Below, piece after piece: positions 28,541 to 37,361 of a DNA stretch of 64,000 nucleotides; the first letter of the stretch is position 1; each line of letters opens with the position of its first letter. Position numbers and translations under genes: made by a program. A model generated the notes under the pieces. It saw only the letters and a list, made by a program, of their open reading frames with translations. It was not told the origin of the DNA and did not search any database. The stretch is from Desulfobacterales bacterium (GTDB lineage: Bacteria > Desulfobacterota > Desulfobacteria > Desulfobacterales > SpSt-501): the NCBI GenBank assembly GCA_030834695.1, contig JAUQXK010000127.1, positions 70,827-134,826 on the forward strand, in the 5' to 3' direction.

Positions 28541-29356
28541 ATGGACTTCTTGCTGTTGCTTAAAGCTGCTCTATTGGGAATCGTCGAGGGTGTGACGGAG
28601 TTTATCCCGGTATCCTCCACGGGGCATCTGATTCTGAGCCAGGACCTGCTTGGCTTCACCGGCCGCAAGGAGAATGCCTTCATCATTTTCATCCAACTCG
28701 GCGCCATTCTGGCGGTTGTATGGCTCTATCGCAGAAAATTCATTGATGTCGTCCTGAACTTGCGTCGCGAGCCCACCGCGCGCGGCCTGGTTACGAACCT
28801 CATCGTCGCTACCCTTCCGGCCGTTGTGATCGGCCTTCCTACCGAAAAATGGATCGAATCCAATCTATTCCGCCCGATTCCGGTCGGCCTGGCATTTGCC
28901 ATGGGCGGGCTGGCGATCCTGTTGATCGAACGCTGGTGCAAGACTCCCAGCGTGCAAAGCGTCGACCATATTCCGCTGAAGAAGGCCTTCGGGGTGGGAT
29001 TGATCCAGGTCTTGGCCATCCTTTTCCCCGGCGTATCGCGCTCAGGCGCCACCATCATGGGCGGGCTGGCGCTGAATCTCTCGCGCACGGCTGCAACCGA
29101 GTTTTCCTTCTTTCTGGCAATCCCGGCCATGTTGGGGGCCTCGCTCATCAAGCTCATCAAAGTGAAAGACCTATTGTCGGCGGCGGACATCCCCGTATTC
29201 ACCTTAGGATTTGTCGTTTCCTTTCTTTCCGCGTTAATGGTCATACGCCGTCTGTTGTCCTACGTTTCGCGTCGGTCCTTCGTCCCGTTCGCATGGTATC
29301 GCATCTTTTTCGGTGCATTGATCCTCATCCTGTATTGGAATCGTAGCACCTTCTGA
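28541..29356 (+). CDS. uppP: undecaprenyl-diphosphate phosphatase
   Basis: BacA family signature GIVEGVTEFIPVSSTGHL; PGVSRSGATI; about 8 TM helices. Confidence 0.95.
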   Translation: MDFLLLLKAALLGIVEGVTEFIPVSSTGHLILSQDLLGFTGRKENAFIIFIQLGAILAVVWLYRRKFIDVVLNLRREPTARGLVTNLIVATLPAVVIGLPTEKWIESNLFRPIPVGLAFAMGGLAILLIERWCKTPSVQSVDHIPLKKAFGVGLIQVLAILFPGVSRSGATIMGGLALNLSRTAATEFSFFLAIPAMLGASLIKLIKVKDLLSAADIPVFTLGFVVSFLSALMVIRRLLSYVSRRSFVPFAWYRIFFGALILILYWNRSTF

Positions 29357-29644
29357 AGAAAGACATGAACTGATTTACCCAAAATTGGCCGTTTAGATAC
29401 CCAATCTCAAGCAGGCCAAGCTCACTCCGCATCATAATCGATTGATATTAAAAGTTATTAGTGCACACACGCTATGTGTGCATGTATTTTGCTTTCAGCG
29501 TCAATATTATTGAGGAGTTAAATCCTCAATGCCCTCATAATGAGCAGCTTGCTTCTCGGATGCACGTGCATCTTTCATGGGTGACTTTCACAACCGCAGA
29601 TTGAAAGCTCATCGCAGGAAACAACGGCATCCCTGGAAGCCAAG

Positions 29645-29686
29645 GAAGGGGCAGAGATCGTACGATCCCTGCCCTTCTTTTTTACC
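29645..29686 (+). terminator. strong Rho-independent terminator
   Basis: GAAGGGGCAGAGATCG-TA-CGATCCCTGCCCTTC hairpin (about 14 bp, one bulge) followed by TTTTTT. It lies 290 nt after uppP and 110 nt before the next ATG. Confidence 0.7.
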
Positions 29687-29795
29687 AAACCCTTAGCGTC
29701 GCTGATCCCCTGGCAAAAGACAACCGGCCGTGTTAAAAAGATCGTCGGGTTCCCGACCCCGGCGCACCGCACCCTGTCCGGCGCAAATTCTGATT

Positions 29796-32700
29796 ATGAA
29801 ACTCTGTCCGACTTGCGGCCAACCTGTCGCAGAGGAAATCGCTGCCTGCCCGGCCTGCGGCAGAGACCTGAGCGAGCGTCGCCAAACCATCGATGATTAC
29901 CGCATCGTCGATGTGCTCCACGAGGGCTATTCTACTTTTCTCTGCCGAGCCGTCCGTGAACGCACGGATGAGCACGTGATGATCCGTCTGTTCACCCCGC
30001 GGGCGGGGGTGAGTCCCGAGGTCGCTGCTCGCCTCCAACGGGAACTGGAAGAACTGAAGAAGCTTCCCGGCGAAGGTTTCGTGCGCCACCACGCGATCCG
30101 GCGCTCCCCGGATGGTCTGTGGTACCGCATCAGCGAGTGGGTGGAAACCGAAAGCTGGGGATCGCTGCTCGCCTCCGGGCGGCTGCAACGCCGCTCCGTG
30201 CTGCTCGGCCTCTTCCGCCAGATGGCCGAGATTTTGACGGTCCTGCACGCGCATGGGCATTTCATCCCCCACCTGATCCTCAACGACATCATGGTCGTTC
30301 CCGGAGATGGCGGCGACCTGCGCATCAAGATCGATTACAAGCTCTCCCGCTTCATCGACCCCAAGCTGGACCGGCCGGCACCGATGCTGAAAAAGCTGCT
30401 CGCCGGCCATCCGGATATCGTCAACCAGCGGCCGCTCGATTTCCGCAGCGATATCTGGTCCCTCGGGAAAGTATTCGTCGAACTGCTCGCCGGCGACCTC
30501 GATATTAACGACATCGAGGGACGGGTCGACGATCTCGACATACCGGAGGACCTCAAGGTCTTGCTGCGGGTCATGCTGGCCGACGACCCGGATCTGAGGC
30601 CGCAATCCATGGCGGAAATCTCCGAATCGTTAAGGCGCATCGGACAGATTCCAGAACCTCCTCTCGTTCCGGAAAAGCCCTCGGAATCGGCATCCCCGCC
30701 GGCGGGTCTGATCCGGCGGCTTCAGAAGCGGGTCCGACTGCTGGCGGGAGCCTTCGTGTTGCTGATCGCCGCCGGTGTGCTGGCATGGTTTTACCTGGAC
30801 CGTGAACGCCGCGACACCGAGAACGTACTGGAGGGCTACGCCAATCAGTATGCTCCCGCGGTCGGGTTCGTCTTGGCGGAATACTGGCTTGAGGCCGACG
30901 GAACCCGGGTTTTTCGCAATGTGGCCGAAGGTACGGCGTTCCTGGTGGACCGGGAGGGCCACCTCCTCACCAGCCGCCATGTGGTCTGCCCCTGGCTCGA
31001 GGACCCCCGCTTTGCGGGCGCCGTCCAGTATTTGCGGATGAGAAGCATCGAACCCGTCATGGGCTACCGCCTCTATCTATGGTTCGAGGGGACCCGGGCG
31101 TTCAACCCGGCCGGACGGGTGATCGAGGGCGCGGATATCGCGGACATTTATTTCACCGAGAACGCTTACAGTACGGACGGCTGGCCCCGGGTCGAAATTT
31201 CAGGAGTGGCGCGGCCGCCGGTGCGCACCCGTCAGTTGATGAAGTCCCCGCTCAAAGATGACGTCGCCGTGCTGAAAGTCGACCGGCTGGCGGAAGGCCT
31301 CGCCCCGCTGCCCCTGGATTTGGCCATGGACCCGCTCAAGCTGCCCAAGCTCAGCCGGGTGATTGCCTTGGGGTTCCCGCTGGGAAGCCGCACCCAGGTC
31401 GACACGGTCAATGCCAGCGTCGTGCGGGGGAACGTGCGCCGGGCCTTCGAGAATATGTTTCAGATCGACGCTTCGCTGCACGGCGGCAACAGCGGAGGGC
31501 CGGTGATTGACGCCCGCGGCAAGGTCATCGGCATCGTATCGGCCGTGGCCATGGATTTCAGCCAGGGCCTGGTGCCAATGGCGACCCCGGTGTGGGACAT
31601 CGGGCTGATCCTGCCGATTACCGGCGCCGTCCAGTTGCTGCGGGATTTCAAGGCCGGCCAGGCCAAGTGGAACGGCGTGATCGACTTTTCCGTAGAAGCC
31701 TCCCTGGCCAAGATTCGCGAAACCGCCGCCCAGGAACGCTGGGCCGAAGCCATGTCAGCGGCCGATGAAAAACTGGGCCGCAATCCACAGCCGGTCATGG
31801 TAGCCGCCGCCGGCATGCTGCATTTCTGTAACGCCAATTATCCCGGCGCCCGCCAGCGATTCACCCAGTCGCTTTCCATGGACCCGGAGGACGATCAGGC
31901 CCGCCTGATGCTGGCCCTGATTGACTGGCTGACGGATAGCCGGAACGAAAAGGACTATCATCGGTATCTTGCGGAAGCCGACTGGCGCAGCCCGGCCGAA
32001 TTTCAAGGCTACCTGCTCCAGGTGCTGGAGGGCCGGGTGGAGGTACCGGCGGCCTTGAACGCCTGGACCGGTTCCTCGGAAAGAAGCTGGCTGCATTACA
32101 TCTGCGGCCTCCTGCGCCTGCGCGAGGGCCGGGTGGAAGAAGCGGAGAGCCTGATCGAACAGGCCGTTCTCTCCGCCGACCCCGACTCATGGGAATTCCT
32201 GCTGGCGCGGGCCAAACTGGACGAGCTTCGCAAGCGCCGCCGCACCGTGTTCAAAACCAACGATCAATGGAGCGCCTACAGCGTCCATATGCAGCAATTC
32301 GACCACCGGCTGAAGGAAGCTCTGGAGGCCAAGAAGAAGCGTCAGGAGGAGTTGTCTCCCCTGATGGTCAAGCTGACACAGGGGGACATCCCGATCGAAG
32401 AGAAGAGCGAGACGCTCCAAAAAATCATCGAACGGGACCCGGAGAACCGCGCCGCCGTGGGCGCCCTGGCGTATGCCCGTGCGGCGGAGGAAGCCTTTCC
32501 GGAGGCCCTGGACGCGCTGCGGGCCTATCTGAAGATCGAAGGGCGGCAGACGGCCATGCGCTTGGGCCTGGGTTTGCTGGAAGCAGAAATTTTGCACTAC
32601 CAGGGCCGTCATGAAGAAGCGAGCGAATGTCTGGCAGACTATGCCCGCCGTACGCGGGATCCATGGTTTCTGACTCTATGCGACTATCTTCGGGGGCAGC

Positions 32701-32915
32701 AGACGGAGGGCGACCTGCGCCGACGGGCCGGGGACGCACCCGAAAACCTTCTCACGGCTTTCACCGCTGCGGGTTTCTGGGCCGAGGGGTCCGGGGACAA
32801 GAAAAACGCCATCCGCTTTTACCGCGAGGCTCTCGGAACCTTTCTCGACAATTGGATCGAATACGATTGGGTGCGGGAGCGCGTCAAACGGTTGAAGCGC
32901 TCGGCGGGTGAATGA
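29796..32915 (+). CDS. zinc-ribbon / degenerate Ser-Thr kinase-like domain / TM / trypsin-like serine protease / TPR multidomain protein
   Basis: CPTC-x10-CPAC. Kinase fold retained (DIWSLGKVFVELLAG) but with VMIR in place of VAIK, IPHLILND in place of HRDLKPxN, and DYK in place of DFG. TM segment LLAGAFVLLIAAGVLAWFYL. Protease triad contexts LTSRHVV, DDVAVLKV, GNSGGPVID. C-terminal TPR-like repeats. Confidence 0.85.
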   Translation: MKLCPTCGQPVAEEIAACPACGRDLSERRQTIDDYRIVDVLHEGYSTFLCRAVRERTDEHVMIRLFTPRAGVSPEVAARLQRELEELKKLPGEGFVRHHAIRRSPDGLWYRISEWVETESWGSLLASGRLQRRSVLLGLFRQMAEILTVLHAHGHFIPHLILNDIMVVPGDGGDLRIKIDYKLSRFIDPKLDRPAPMLKKLLAGHPDIVNQRPLDFRSDIWSLGKVFVELLAGDLDINDIEGRVDDLDIPEDLKVLLRVMLADDPDLRPQSMAEISESLRRIGQIPEPPLVPEKPSESASPPAGLIRRLQKRVRLLAGAFVLLIAAGVLAWFYLDRERRDTENVLEGYANQYAPAVGFVLAEYWLEADGTRVFRNVAEGTAFLVDREGHLLTSRHVVCPWLEDPRFAGAVQYLRMRSIEPVMGYRLYLWFEGTRAFNPAGRVIEGADIADIYFTENAYSTDGWPRVEISGVARPPVRTRQLMKSPLKDDVAVLKVDRLAEGLAPLPLDLAMDPLKLPKLSRVIALGFPLGSRTQVDTVNASVVRGNVRRAFENMFQIDASLHGGNSGGPVIDARGKVIGIVSAVAMDFSQGLVPMATPVWDIGLILPITGAVQLLRDFKAGQAKWNGVIDFSVEASLAKIRETAAQERWAEAMSAADEKLGRNPQPVMVAAAGMLHFCNANYPGARQRFTQSLSMDPEDDQARLMLALIDWLTDSRNEKDYHRYLAEADWRSPAEFQGYLLQVLEGRVEVPAALNAWTGSSERSWLHYICGLLRLREGRVEEAESLIEQAVLSADPDSWEFLLARAKLDELRKRRRTVFKTNDQWSAYSVHMQQFDHRLKEALEAKKKRQEELSPLMVKLTQGDIPIEEKSETLQKIIERDPENRAAVGALAYARAAEEAFPEALDALRAYLKIEGRQTAMRLGLGLLEAEILHYQGRHEEASECLADYARRTRDPWFLTLCDYLRGQQTEGDLRRRAGDAPENLLTAFTAAGFWAEGSGDKKNAIRFYREALGTFLDNWIEYDWVRERVKRLKRSAGE

Positions 32916-32957
32916 GCGGCCGCCAGGCGCCGTCCGTTGTAATTACTCCGGCCGGTG

Positions 32958-32997
32958 CAACTTGAGCCGAGGTCCGGCGGGGCGGGGTTTCGGCTGC
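32958..32997 (+). repeat. family 3 repeat, solo copy
   Basis: CAACTTGAGCCGAGGTCCGGCGGGGCGGGGTTTCGGCTGC matches 11768-11806 (CAACTTTAGCCGAGGTCCGGCGGGGCGGGTTTTCGGCCGC). Confidence 0.8.
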
Positions 32998-33007
32998 CCA
33001 CATCAAT

Positions 33008-33036
33008 TTGACATCACCGGCGGCGGCGCTTATGTT
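33008..33036 (+). promoter_or_regulatory. near-consensus sigma70 promoter
   Basis: TTGACA (33008-33013), a 17-nt spacer, then TATGTT (33031-33036), 50 nt upstream of ATG 33086. Confidence 0.55.
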
Positions 33037-33085
33037 GAAAACGGAATCTCGATGAAAATGGATCGATCCGAACGGAGGCGCATCA

Positions 33086-33763
33086 ATGTCGTTTGAAACC
33101 AGAGAAGAGGTATTCGAAAAGGTAATGGCCCTGCCGCGGCCCAAATGCCCGCATTGCGGCGTGGAAATGAGCCTGTGGGAGGAGCCGCCCATGCGCATGG
33201 GCGACGGGCTCGGCTGGGGGACTCCTTACCTGTTCGTGTGTTTCAACGACGAATGCCCGCTGTTTCAATCCGGCTGGAAGCATATCGAGGAAAGCTATGC
33301 CCACCGCGCCTCCTACCGCTGCATGAACTACCCGGGCAGCGAGGTCTACGAATGCGTCCCGGTATTCAGCGATATGGGCATGCGCGGGCAGATCGTGGAC
33401 GATCAGGCGGTGGCCGAGCAGGAAGCGCTGAAGGAAGCCATCAAGCGCGGATTCAATCTGTTGGCCGATTACTACACCACCAGGGACGGCCCGGCCATTT
33501 TACAGCTGTTGCAGGACCCCCTCGAGCCCGCCCGCGTCCGGCTCAAGGCCGCGGAGATGATCGGAGACATCGGGGAAGCCGAAGCCATCGAGCCCATGCG
33601 CAACATGCGCTTCCCCAACGAAATCATCCGGAAAAAAGTGGATGAGGCCGTCGCCAAGATTCATGCGCGGCACTTCACTCGCGAGTGCCCGTTCTGTGCG
33701 GAAATCATCAAGCAACGGGCCAATATCTGCAAACACTGCGGCAAGGATGTAGCCGGCGCTTAG
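33086..33763 (+). CDS. zinc-ribbon / HEAT-repeat protein, function unknown
   Basis: N-terminal CPHC...C-x3-C. Central HEAT/PBS-lyase-like repeat (RVRLKAAEMIGDIGEAEAIEPM). C-terminal CPFC-x9-CKHC zinc ribbon. Confidence 0.7.
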   Translation: MSFETREEVFEKVMALPRPKCPHCGVEMSLWEEPPMRMGDGLGWGTPYLFVCFNDECPLFQSGWKHIEESYAHRASYRCMNYPGSEVYECVPVFSDMGMRGQIVDDQAVAEQEALKEAIKRGFNLLADYYTTRDGPAILQLLQDPLEPARVRLKAAEMIGDIGEAEAIEPMRNMRFPNEIIRKKVDEAVAKIHARHFTRECPFCAEIIKQRANICKHCGKDVAGA

Positions 33764-33782
33764 ATCTCAGCGAACTCGTTCG

Positions 33783-35558
33783 ATGCCTTCTTCGCATAAG
33801 CGTATGGCTGCACCCGTCACCCCCTGCCCCGCTTCGGACCGAATCGATTTTAGGGCCCGGTGCTTCGTTCGGCTGCTCACGACGATTGTTTTTTTCAGCT
33901 TTCTAGCGGCGCCGGCGGCCGAGGGTTCGGCCGCCCCTCCCGACGATACCATTGCCCGGAAGCTACAAGCCAGAATTGCGGCCGCCCAAACCGCCAACCG
34001 CCTGGTGTGCGCGGGCGAACTCGTCTGCGGCATCGCCGAGCTGCCGCGATTTTACGCGCGGCGGGATTATCGACCGGCCTGGATCACGACGGATGATGGG
34101 GCCTTCGCGTTGGCGGATGAGATGGTGCAGCAAGCTGAGGATGCCCGCTACGACGGCCTGCCTCCTCAGCACTATCATCTAGATTCCATCCGATCGCTTC
34201 TGCAAACAGCCAAGCAGCAGACGGCGGCGAGCCGGCCGCCGGATCCGGACGTTCACGCGGATCTGGAATTCCTCCTGACCGACGCCTTTTTAATGCTGGG
34301 CTCCCACCTGCGGGCCGGCCGGGTGAACCCGGAAACCCTTGAAAACGAATGGCTGGTCCACATCGATTCGCAGGGTGATCTGGCCCAGGTCCTCGAGCGT
34401 GCGATCGAATCCCGGCGCATCGACGAGGCCCTCGACGGGCTCCGGCCGCCGCATCCGGAATACACGGCACTTCGGGGGGCTCTGAAAAGCCATCGCACCC
34501 GCGGAGAGGCTGCCGAATGGCCCCGGCTGCCGGAAAAGGCATCCTGGGAAAGAGGGCAAAGCGGGGCGATGGCCGATCTGCTGCGCGAGCGGCTGCGGCT
34601 TTCAGGCGACCTGCCGCAGACCCCGGAAGGAGTCGGCGCGGATGCCGACGTTGAGTTGTTCGAAGGGCTGCGTCGCTTTCAGGAGCGGCACGGTTTGGAG
34701 GCCGACGGGCGCATGGGGCCTCAAACCGTGCAGGCCTTGAACATTTCTTTGGAAGAACGCGCCCGCCAGGTCGAACTGAACCTGGAGCGCTGGCGCTGGC
34801 TGCCGCACGATTTGGGGGGGCGTCACATCCGGGTGAATGTGCCGCAGTTCGATCTGGCCGTGATCGAGGATGGCCGGGAAGTCATGCGCATGCGAGTGGT
34901 CGTAGGCCGCCACTATCGCCGCACCCCGGTGTTCAGCAGCTTTTTGGATCACCTCATTTTCAACCCGGACTGGAACATTCCCACCCGCATCGCCGTCGAG
35001 GACATTCTTCCGAAGGCCCGCAGGGACTCGGCTTATCTGCGCCGCGAGAAAATCCGTGTCTTCGAAAGCTGGGACCGGGGCGCTGCCGAACTCGACCCGG
35101 ACCGCATCGACTGGACCGAGGTGGCGGGCCAGGGATTTCGTTACAAGTTCAAGAAAGACCCCGGACCCCACAACGACCTCGGCCGCGTCAAATTCACGTT
35201 TCCCAACAATTTTGCGGTCTACCTGCACGACACCCTGTCGAAGCGGCTTTTCGATCGCAGCATGCGCGGCTTCAGCTCCGGGTGCATCCGCATCGAAAAG
35301 CCCATTGACTTGGCCGAATACGCTCTGAGGGATTCCGCCGGATGGTCCCGCGAGACCGTGATCGCCGCCATGGATTCCGGGGCGAATCGCACCGTCCGTC
35401 TGCTTTATAAAATACCCTTGCACTTGATTTACATGACGGCTGGGGTGAACGCCGAGGGACGGCTTCGGTTTTGGCCGGACATCTACCAACGCGACCCGAC
35501 GCTCGACCGGGCGTTGCAGAAAGCGCCTCTGCGGGATTCCGACCTGTTTGGAAAGTAA
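33783..35558 (+). CDS. YcbB/LdtD-type L,D-transpeptidase with peptidoglycan-binding domain
   Basis: PG_binding_1 (LRRFQERHGLEADGRMGPQTVQALN). YkuD catalytic motif YLHDT...SSGCIRIEKP. Confidence 0.85.
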   Translation: MPSSHKRMAAPVTPCPASDRIDFRARCFVRLLTTIVFFSFLAAPAAEGSAAPPDDTIARKLQARIAAAQTANRLVCAGELVCGIAELPRFYARRDYRPAWITTDDGAFALADEMVQQAEDARYDGLPPQHYHLDSIRSLLQTAKQQTAASRPPDPDVHADLEFLLTDAFLMLGSHLRAGRVNPETLENEWLVHIDSQGDLAQVLERAIESRRIDEALDGLRPPHPEYTALRGALKSHRTRGEAAEWPRLPEKASWERGQSGAMADLLRERLRLSGDLPQTPEGVGADADVELFEGLRRFQERHGLEADGRMGPQTVQALNISLEERARQVELNLERWRWLPHDLGGRHIRVNVPQFDLAVIEDGREVMRMRVVVGRHYRRTPVFSSFLDHLIFNPDWNIPTRIAVEDILPKARRDSAYLRREKIRVFESWDRGAAELDPDRIDWTEVAGQGFRYKFKKDPGPHNDLGRVKFTFPNNFAVYLHDTLSKRLFDRSMRGFSSGCIRIEKPIDLAEYALRDSAGWSRETVIAAMDSGANRTVRLLYKIPLHLIYMTAGVNAEGRLRFWPDIYQRDPTLDRALQKAPLRDSDLFGK

Positions 35559-35581
35559 ACGGAAGCAGGGAATGCGGCCGG

Positions 35582-36172
35582 CTACCAGGACCGGACCCGG
35601 CCGATGTCCACATGGACAAAGTCGGGCTGGGGATAGTACCCGACCCCGCCGGCGGCGAGCTCAAGGGCGAGCGTCTTCAGCTCACCGGTGCGGATCCCCG
35701 GCATACGAATGTCGATGGCCTGGCCGACCATATGCAGGCTCTGCGAGGCCACGCCCCGGCTCTTGCTGTGCAGCACGGCATTGGTTTCCGCCGACCGGTA
35801 GCCGGAGATGATATGGAAGGGCTGCGCGGTTTCAACGCGCAGGCGGAGGCGGTGCAGGAGGTCTAATAGATCCGTGGCGATGGCGCCCACCTCGCCGGTA
35901 CGGTGATCTCTCAAAATGTGGTTGATGTCCTTGAGGCTGCTGGGATCGTAGCGGCCGGCTCTACAGTAACAGGTCTCCAGCCGTTCGCCGGTGTGGGTGT
36001 TGAAGAATGTCAGACGCCGCTCGGGTGCAGGAGCCGGTTCGGAGACGGCCGCGCTTAGAACGCGGGGAGCTAAAAGAGCGGAAGCCGCCGCCAATCCCCA
36101 TCGCAGGAACCGGCGGCGATGAATGAATCGGGATGGAACTGAAACATCGGTATGTCGCTCGGCATGCGGCAA
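35582..36172 (-). CDS. Tat-exported DUF882 / peptidase M15A (MepK/YcbK-like murein endopeptidase)
   Basis: RRRFLRWGLAAASALLAP Tat signal. LTFFNTHTGE; SGYRSAETN; SLHMVGQAIDIR; FVHVD. Confidence 0.8.
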   Translation of the reverse strand: MPHAERHTDVSVPSRFIHRRRFLRWGLAAASALLAPRVLSAAVSEPAPAPERRLTFFNTHTGERLETCYCRAGRYDPSSLKDINHILRDHRTGEVGAIATDLLDLLHRLRLRVETAQPFHIISGYRSAETNAVLHSKSRGVASQSLHMVGQAIDIRMPGIRTGELKTLALELAAGGVGYYPQPDFVHVDIGRVRSW

Positions 36173-36245
36173 AACAGTGCGTGCTCCTCCTGATCTCTTT
36201 AAACCCTACCCCGATCCCCGCGCCGTGTCAACGCATGGGCGGCGA

Positions 36246-36794
36246 TCAACTCTCGGTCCAGCGCCGGGCCCGGTTGACACCTTCACGGTCATAGGTGCGA
36301 AAAATAAGCTGTTCACGCTGCCGCCGGTCCGGCGGCAGCGTCTTGAATTCAAGCGCCGGCAGCTGCGCTTCCATCTCGATCCGGGCCGGAATGGCTTCCA
36401 GGCCGGCGCCGACCCTGCGGCCGGAGGCCGTATCGAGCACGACGGCGTCCCGGCCGTCCGAAGCGGCGGCCCAGGGGATCTGGTAGTCGTTCAGCAGTCG
36501 GGCGGCAGCCAGGATCTCCCGCTCGTAGGAGCCGATCGACCCGGCTGCGCATCTGAAAGCGACCATCCGTCGGCCTCTCACCCCGGCCACCAGATCCACG
36601 GCCGACCGATAGCGCTCTCCGGCGACGTCCATTTCGATCGGCACATCCACCTCGATGTCCTCGCGAGCATAGCCTTTGCGCTCCACCAGGTAGCGCTCCA
36701 GGAGCTGACGGTTCTCTTCGGCGCCGATGTTCGGAACGACTCGGCCGGAAATGAAATCCTTCAGCGTCGTAAACGGTTTGAGGGTGTCGGGCAT
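36246..36794 (-). CDS. HsdR_N-like (PD-(D/E)xK fold) small protein, orphan
   Basis: 182 aa. EENRQLLERYLVERKGYAREDIEVD...RSAVDLV pattern resembles the type I restriction R-subunit N-terminal domain family. No R-M partner genes nearby. Confidence 0.5.
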   Translation of the reverse strand: MPDTLKPFTTLKDFISGRVVPNIGAEENRQLLERYLVERKGYAREDIEVDVPIEMDVAGERYRSAVDLVAGVRGRRMVAFRCAAGSIGSYEREILAAARLLNDYQIPWAAASDGRDAVVLDTASGRRVGAGLEAIPARIEMEAQLPALEFKTLPPDRRQREQLIFRTYDREGVNRARRWTES

Positions 36795-36845
36795 GGCGAT
36801 GGGGGGCTCCTAGTCTCGATGGACCCTTGAAAAGGCCACAAACAT

Positions 36846-36921
36846 GTCATTTCGAGCGCAGCGAGAAATTTTTCGGATGCCACGCGTTAAAAGTTCGATT
36901 TCTGCCGATGGTCGAAATGAC
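36846..36921 (+). repeat. family 2 palindromic MITE-like element
   Basis: GTCATTTCGAGCGCAGCGAGAAAT ... GATTTCTGCCGATGGTCGAAATGAC. Confidence 0.85.
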
Positions 36922-36950
36922 CGATTCACCCAGGACGACTTCTTGCAGGT

Positions 36951-37361
36951 TCATTCGTCTTCATGGCCCGGACGCCGCGTTCTTCCGCCGGACGCCGGTT
37001 TCGGGCTCGCTGCGGCGGGAATCGGAATCCGCCGGGCGTCGTGCCACAAACCTTCCAAATCGTAGAACGACCGCACCGACTCGAAGAACACGTGAACGAT
37101 CACGTGGCCGTAGTCCATCAGCACCCAATGCCCCTCGGTGGTCCCCTCGACGCTGAGCGGCTTGATCTTGTGCTTCCGCATCTGCCTCTCGATGTGCTCG
37201 GCGATAGCGACCACCTGGCGGTTCGAGCGCCCGCTGCAGATGATGAACACATCGGCAATCGAGGTAAGCTCGCGCATGTCCAGGGCCACCACGTGGGCGG
37301 CCTTCTTGCCGAGCACCGCCTGGATGAAAAGGCTCAACGTGGCGTCCAGATCGTCGGTCAT
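36951..37361 (-). CDS. rsfS: ribosome silencing factor RsfS (iojap)
   Basis: ALDMRELTSIADVFIICSGRSNRQV...HWVLMDYGHVIVHVF. Start at internal Met 12. Coordinates derive from the ORF track; my reading of the printed sequence is offset by 1 nt here. Confidence 0.9.
   Translation of the reverse strand: MTDDLDATLSLFIQAVLGKKAAHVVALDMRELTSIADVFIICSGRSNRQVVAIAEHIERQMRKHKIKPLSVEGTTEGHWVLMDYGHVIVHVFFESVRSFYDLEGLWHDARRIPIPAAASPKPASGGRTRRPGHEDE

Noticed and set aside
36246-36794. HsdR_N-like protein as part of a restriction-modification or defence system
   Set aside because: No methyltransferase, specificity subunit, helicase or nuclease partner is adjacent. It sits alone between mepK-like and rsfS. It is kept only as a low-confidence CDS call.
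37315-37325. Apparent extra C (I read CACCGCCCTGG across the line break at 37320/37321) that would frameshift rsfS
   Set aside because: Three ORF-track translations across this point require CACCGCCTGG, and downstream coordinates come back into register by about 38030. This is most likely my own miscounting of the printed blocks. Coordinates between about 36960 and 38030 are therefore taken from the track and may be off by 1 nt relative to the printed text.
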